Assembly: GCA_963771865.1 (NCBI GenBank)
Contig: CAVYVJ010000024.1
Location: 48,757 to 112,756 of the forward strand
Source of the DNA: an uncultured Verrucomicrobiae bacterium
Lineage (GTDB): Bacteria; Verrucomicrobiota; Verrucomicrobiia; Chthoniobacterales; UBA10450
Reading direction: 5' to 3'
DNA length: 64,000 nt
The notes beneath the pieces were generated by a model. It was not told where the DNA came from, made no database searches, and was given only the letters and a program-made list of their open reading frames with translations. Below are positions 60,722-64,000 of this stretch, one piece after another; position 1 is the stretch's first letter, and each line of letters starts with the position of its first letter. The position numbers were made by a program, and so were the translations under genes.

Positions 60722-60843
60722 CCCGTTGTAGTCGGGATCGGTGATCCCGGTCTGCGAAACGACAACCAAAACATTGTAGCGGGGGCGTTGACCCCGGCCG
60801 AAGCATGGAACCGTTGCCGCGGTCACCGACCCCGGCTACAAAT
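60716..60843. repeat. cluster of three TGTAG-headed REP units
   Basis: The units are GTTGTAGCCCGTTGTAGTCGGGATCGGTGATCCCGGTC (60716-60751), ATTGTAGCGGGGGCGTTGACCCCGGCC (60772-60799) and an inverted unit ...GGTCACCGACCCCGGCTACAA (60816-60841). Confidence 0.8.
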
Positions 60844-60854
60844 GCGGCTCGCCC

Positions 60855-61596
60855 ATGGCTTCACTGGTCCAACTCATCGGTGTCAGCAAAAGCTTCGGCG
60901 GCACGATTGCGTTGCATCCAACCGATCTTGCATTTCAGCCCGGCCTAACGACGGCGCTAATCGGGCCGAGCGGTTGCGGAAAATCGACCCTCCTGCGCTT
61001 GCTCATCGCTCTTCTCTCGCCCGACACCGGCCAGGTCATTTTCGACGAGGTGGAAATAACCGACGCCAACGCCCAGGAAATCCGTCGCCGGATCGGTTAC
61101 GTTATCCAGGAAGGCGGCCTCTTCCCGCATCTCACCGCGCGAGCCAATGTTCTCCTGATGTCGCGGCATCTTGGCCGCCCTGTTTCCGAGATGGAGCAGC
61201 GGCTCGAGGAACTCTGTGCGCTCTCCCGGTTTCCGCGCGAAGCGCTCGAGCGTTATCCGGCAGAGCTGTCAGGCGGGCAACGCCAGCGCGTCAGCCTGAT
61301 GCGAGCCCTGATGCTTGCGCCGGACGTGCTGCTTCTCGACGAACCCCTCGGCGCGCTCGACCCGCTCGTGCGCTCGGCTTTGCAACACGACTTGAAAGAA
61401 ATTTTTGCCCGCCTCAAGCAGACCGCGATTCTGGTCACCCACGACATGGGGGAAGCGGCCTATCTGGCCGACGAGATCGTCCTTATGAATGAAGGCCGGA
61501 TCGTGCAGACGAGGAAACGCCGCGGACCTGCGCGATCGCCCGGCAAACGAATTCGTGACCGAATTCATCAATGCGCAAAGGAGTGCGGCGTTTTGA
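60855..61596 (+). pseudogene. OpuCA/ProV-type quaternary-amine ABC transporter ATPase; frame break ~61512
   Basis: It has Walker A GPSGCGKST, signature LSGGQRQR and Walker B LLLDEP. The canonical tail GNAADLRDRPANEFVTEFINAQ is in the +1 frame and ends at TGA 61594-61596. As sequenced, the frame runs on into the next gene. Confidence 0.8.
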
Positions 61597-63047
61597 AAAT
61601 TGCGCTCCTCTTCAGCCTGGCCGCGACCTCCGCGCTGGCGGCGGATCCGATCGTCGTCGGCTCCAAGAAATTCACCGAATCCTACGTGCTGGGCGAGATC
61701 GCAAAAACTCAGCTCGAGCGTTCCGGCTTCACCGTGCAGGAGCGTGCCGGAATGGGCGGCACCATCATTCTCTGGCAGGCATTGCGCGGCGGACAAATCG
61801 ATCTTTACCCGGAATACACCGGCACGATCGGCGAAGAGATTCTGAAAACGAAGGAACATCTTTCCGAGGAAGCGATGCGGGCGGCGCTGGAAAAACTCGG
61901 CGTCGGCATGTCGGCTGATCTCGGCTTCAACAACACCTATGCGCTCGTCATGCGCCGGGCCGAAGCAGACCGGCTCGGCATTCGCACGATCAGCGATTTG
62001 CGCCGACATCAGGATCTTAAAGTCGGCCTGACCCACGAATTCCTCGACCGACAGGACGGCTGGCGCCCGCTCGTCGCGCATTATGGCCTAACGATGCCTA
62101 ACGTCAGTGGAATCGACCATGCGATTGGTTACGCGGCACTCGCGCACGGCTCGATCGACCTCAAGGATGCTTATTCGACCGACGCGAAGATTCAGGAAAA
62201 CAATCTGATCGTGCTGCGCGACGACCTTCGTTTTTTCCCCGAATACAAAGCGGTTTTTCTTTATCGCCTCAAGCTCGACCCGCGAGCCGTCAGCGCACTC
62301 AATCACTTGGACCGCATCGACGAAACAAAGATGATCGCGCTCAATGCCGCGGCTGAGCAGACGAAGAACTACGGCCATGCCGCCTCCCTCTTCTTTGGGA
62401 CTGCGCCTAACGAGTCGGTCCCACAGCGCGATTTCGCGCCGAAGTTGGCCCGCTGGATCGGCCGTCACCTCGAGCTGGCGGGCATCTCGCTTCTTCTCTC
62501 GATCCTCATCGGGCTGCCGTTAGGCATCGCCGCCAGCCGGGGCGGCCCGATTGGACAGGCGATTCTCGCCGTCGTCGGCATGATTCAAACCATCCCTTCG
62601 CTTGCGCTCCTCGCTCTTCTCGTACCGGTCCCATTCCTCGGAATCAGCGCGACGACTGCAATCGTCGCGCTCTTTCTCTACGGACTTCTCCCGATTGTGC
62701 GCAACACCGCGACCGGGATCCAGGACATCCCCCCTGCGCTGCGTGACTCTGCGACTGCGCTCGGTCTCGAACCGGGAGCGCGGCTGCGCAAGATTTATCT
62801 CCCGCTCGCCTCGCGCACTATCCTCGCCGGAATAAAAACCAGCGCGGTGATCAACATCGGCACCGCCACGCTGGCGGCGTTGATCGGTGCCGGTGGCCTC
62901 GGCGAACCGATCCTGAGCGGGCTCAACCTCAACGATAACGTCACCATCCTCGAAGGCGCCATCCCGGCCGCGCTCCTCGCGCTTCTCGTGCAGGGATTAT
63001 TCGACTTGCTCGATCGCTTTCTGATTCCGCGCGGTCTGCGGTTGTAA
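61593..63047 (+). CDS. fused substrate-binding (OpuAC/OpuCC-type) + permease subunit of a betaine-type ABC transporter
   Basis: TTG 61593 overlaps the ATPase stop. It has a signal peptide LKIALLFSLAATSALA, an SBP domain (VVGSKKFTESYVLGEI, DLYPEYTGT) and a BPD-type permease (five or more TM helices, the ATALGL..ARLRKIYLPLA EAA-like loop). Confidence 0.8.
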   Translation: MKIALLFSLAATSALAADPIVVGSKKFTESYVLGEIAKTQLERSGFTVQERAGMGGTIILWQALRGGQIDLYPEYTGTIGEEILKTKEHLSEEAMRAALEKLGVGMSADLGFNNTYALVMRRAEADRLGIRTISDLRRHQDLKVGLTHEFLDRQDGWRPLVAHYGLTMPNVSGIDHAIGYAALAHGSIDLKDAYSTDAKIQENNLIVLRDDLRFFPEYKAVFLYRLKLDPRAVSALNHLDRIDETKMIALNAAAEQTKNYGHAASLFFGTAPNESVPQRDFAPKLARWIGRHLELAGISLLLSILIGLPLGIAASRGGPIGQAILAVVGMIQTIPSLALLALLVPVPFLGISATTAIVALFLYGLLPIVRNTATGIQDIPPALRDSATALGLEPGARLRKIYLPLASRTILAGIKTSAVINIGTATLAALIGAGGLGEPILSGLNLNDNVTILEGAIPAALLALLVQGLFDLLDRFLIPRGLRL

Positions 63048-63060
63048 TGGACCGCTTCAC

Positions 63061-63221
63061 CACTCGCACTGTCATTCTCGCACCGTCATCTCCGCACTGT
63101 CATCCTGAGCGGAGCGAAGGATCTCTGACCCTCTCCGGGATCGTGGCACTGCCGAGAACAGAAATATTCAGAGATCCTTCGCTCCGCTCAGGATGACAAT
63201 TATGGCTCAGGACGACAATTA
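63061..63221. repeat. large perfect palindromic element (GTCATCCTGAGCGGAGCGAAGGATCTC family) with short tandem units on both shoulders
   Basis: The 31-nt arm TGTCATCCTGAGCGGAGCGAAGGATCTCTGA (63098-63128) has its exact reverse complement at 63168-63198. Three ~14-nt GTCAT-type direct units lie upstream and two inverted units downstream. It sits between convergent genes. Confidence 0.85.
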
Positions 63222-64000
63222 GCAGGCTGAGTCCGCGAAGCGGCTCGGGACAAGAATCGCGTCGCGCATCCCGTGGAGAAGCTTCTTGTCCGGCGGACAA
63301 ATCGTCGCAAGCGCGCCCCGCAACGTCACGTGATCGGGCTCGACGAAATAATACGGGCAGAGCCGGACTCGACCGCGCATCGTTTTCAATTCATCCGTTT
63401 CGGCATCCCAATAAGGATGATCGAAGAGGCGCCCCTTGTGAAACCGCTGCATGATCGTCGGCTCCCGCTCAAAATTCTTGAGCCCATCCACGATCCGCTG
63501 TTGCCACTCCGCGTGCGGCAGATCGGAACCGAGCGCAACCCCGCGACTCCCCCAGCCTAACGGCGAGAACCCGCTGATCTTCAGCAAAAGGTCGCGCTCT
63601 TTCTGGCTGAACTTCGCTGCATCCAGCCAATCGCGAATTTCCAGCCGCGGGATCACGGCATGCTGCGGGAGCGGCGTCGGGTCGAGAATCCAAGTGTAAG
63701 GGAGGATTCGTTGGAAGGTGCGAAAATATTTGTCGCCCAGCTCGCGCCGCCAAAAGTCCCGCAACGGCTGGAGCCAGAAAAGCGCGAACCACATTTTCTC
63801 CTCCAGATAGGGCTTGAACGGCGGCGATACCGTCAGCTCATTGCGGCCCGCTGCCTCCATCAGGGCGTTGATCCCGGGAAGATTCGGGAGATCAAATAAT
63901 TCAAAGAAACGGTAAACATCGCGTCCCGCTTGCGGCTGATAATTTTCCGCAGAGGCAACGTTCCAGGAACGCTCGGGAAAGCGCGCATTCAATTGCCGGG
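63219..64000 (-). CDS. hypothetical protein, possibly ATP-grasp-like; 5' end outside window
   Basis: The frame is open to the window edge (the track start at 63992 is TTG). Motifs such as LKISGFSPLGWGSRGV and RLCPYYF are only loosely reminiscent of glutathionylspermidine-synthase/ATP-grasp proteins. Confidence 0.3.
   Translation of the reverse strand, partial: RQLNARFPERSWNVASAENYQPQAGRDVYRFFELFDLPNLPGINALMEAAGRNELTVSPPFKPYLEEKMWFALFWLQPLRDFWRRELGDKYFRTFQRILPYTWILDPTPLPQHAVIPRLEIRDWLDAAKFSQKERDLLLKISGFSPLGWGSRGVALGSDLPHAEWQQRIVDGLKNFEREPTIMQRFHKGRLFDHPYWDAETDELKTMRGRVRLCPYYFVEPDHVTLRGALATICPPDKKLLHGMRDAILVPSRFADSAC

Noticed and set aside
60855-63047. A single 730-aa ATPase, substrate-binding and permease fusion protein, as listed in the ORF track.
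   Set aside because: The canonical ATPase C-terminus (PANEFVTEFINAQ, then TGA 61594-96) is in the +1 frame after ~61512. A signal-peptide-bearing start (TTG 61593) overlaps that stop. The apparent fusion is therefore the by-product of a one-base frame break.

Overview
This is a GC-rich bacterial chromosome segment. Gene content (PEP-CTERM and PATR-repeat surface proteins, futalosine menaquinone genes, r-proteins with low-complexity tails) suggests a Verrucomicrobiota-like soil organism; this is inference only. The centre (14.2-32.4 kb, minus strand) is one uninterrupted ~18-kb translation super-operon: rpsL-rpsG-fusA-rpsJ-rplC-rplD-rplW-rplB-rpsS-[extra secreted ORF]-rplV-rpsC-rplP-rpmC-rpsQ-rplN-rplX-rplE-rpsH-rplF-rplR-rpsE-rplO-secY-adk-map-infA-rpmJ-rpsM-rpsK-rpsD. 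The left flank holds asd, a DUF6600-like secreted protein, htrA, recG, recJ, mqnA/mqnE, an orphan secretin, an Anbu proteasome homologue and a CheY-like regulator. The right flank holds an ABC-F ATPase, a GH53 galactanase, tgt, a thioredoxin-like protein, a Ser/Thr kinase, rluD and a glycosyltransferase module. It continues with an ~8-kb accessory block of secreted, PEP-CTERM and PATR proteins, hemL, tRNA-Cys, a RES/Xre toxin-antitoxin pair, two paralogous fibre proteins with S74 chaperone domains, egtB-egtD and an OpuC-type ABC transporter. Three non-genic signals stand out. (1) The non-palindromic 9-mer GCCTAACGA occurs 33 times exactly, in both orientations, in coding and intergenic DNA, often built from rare Leu codons or used as the stop codon. 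This resembles a DNA-uptake-sequence signature and is my top candidate for something undescribed. (2) Several REP/REPIN-like hairpin repeat families with a TGTAG head sit on gene boundaries, and one sits in-frame inside a gene. (3) About 20 single-base frame disruptions affect 14 genes, and none lies in the ribosomal block. No CRISPR array, rRNA, transposase or prophage was recognised.
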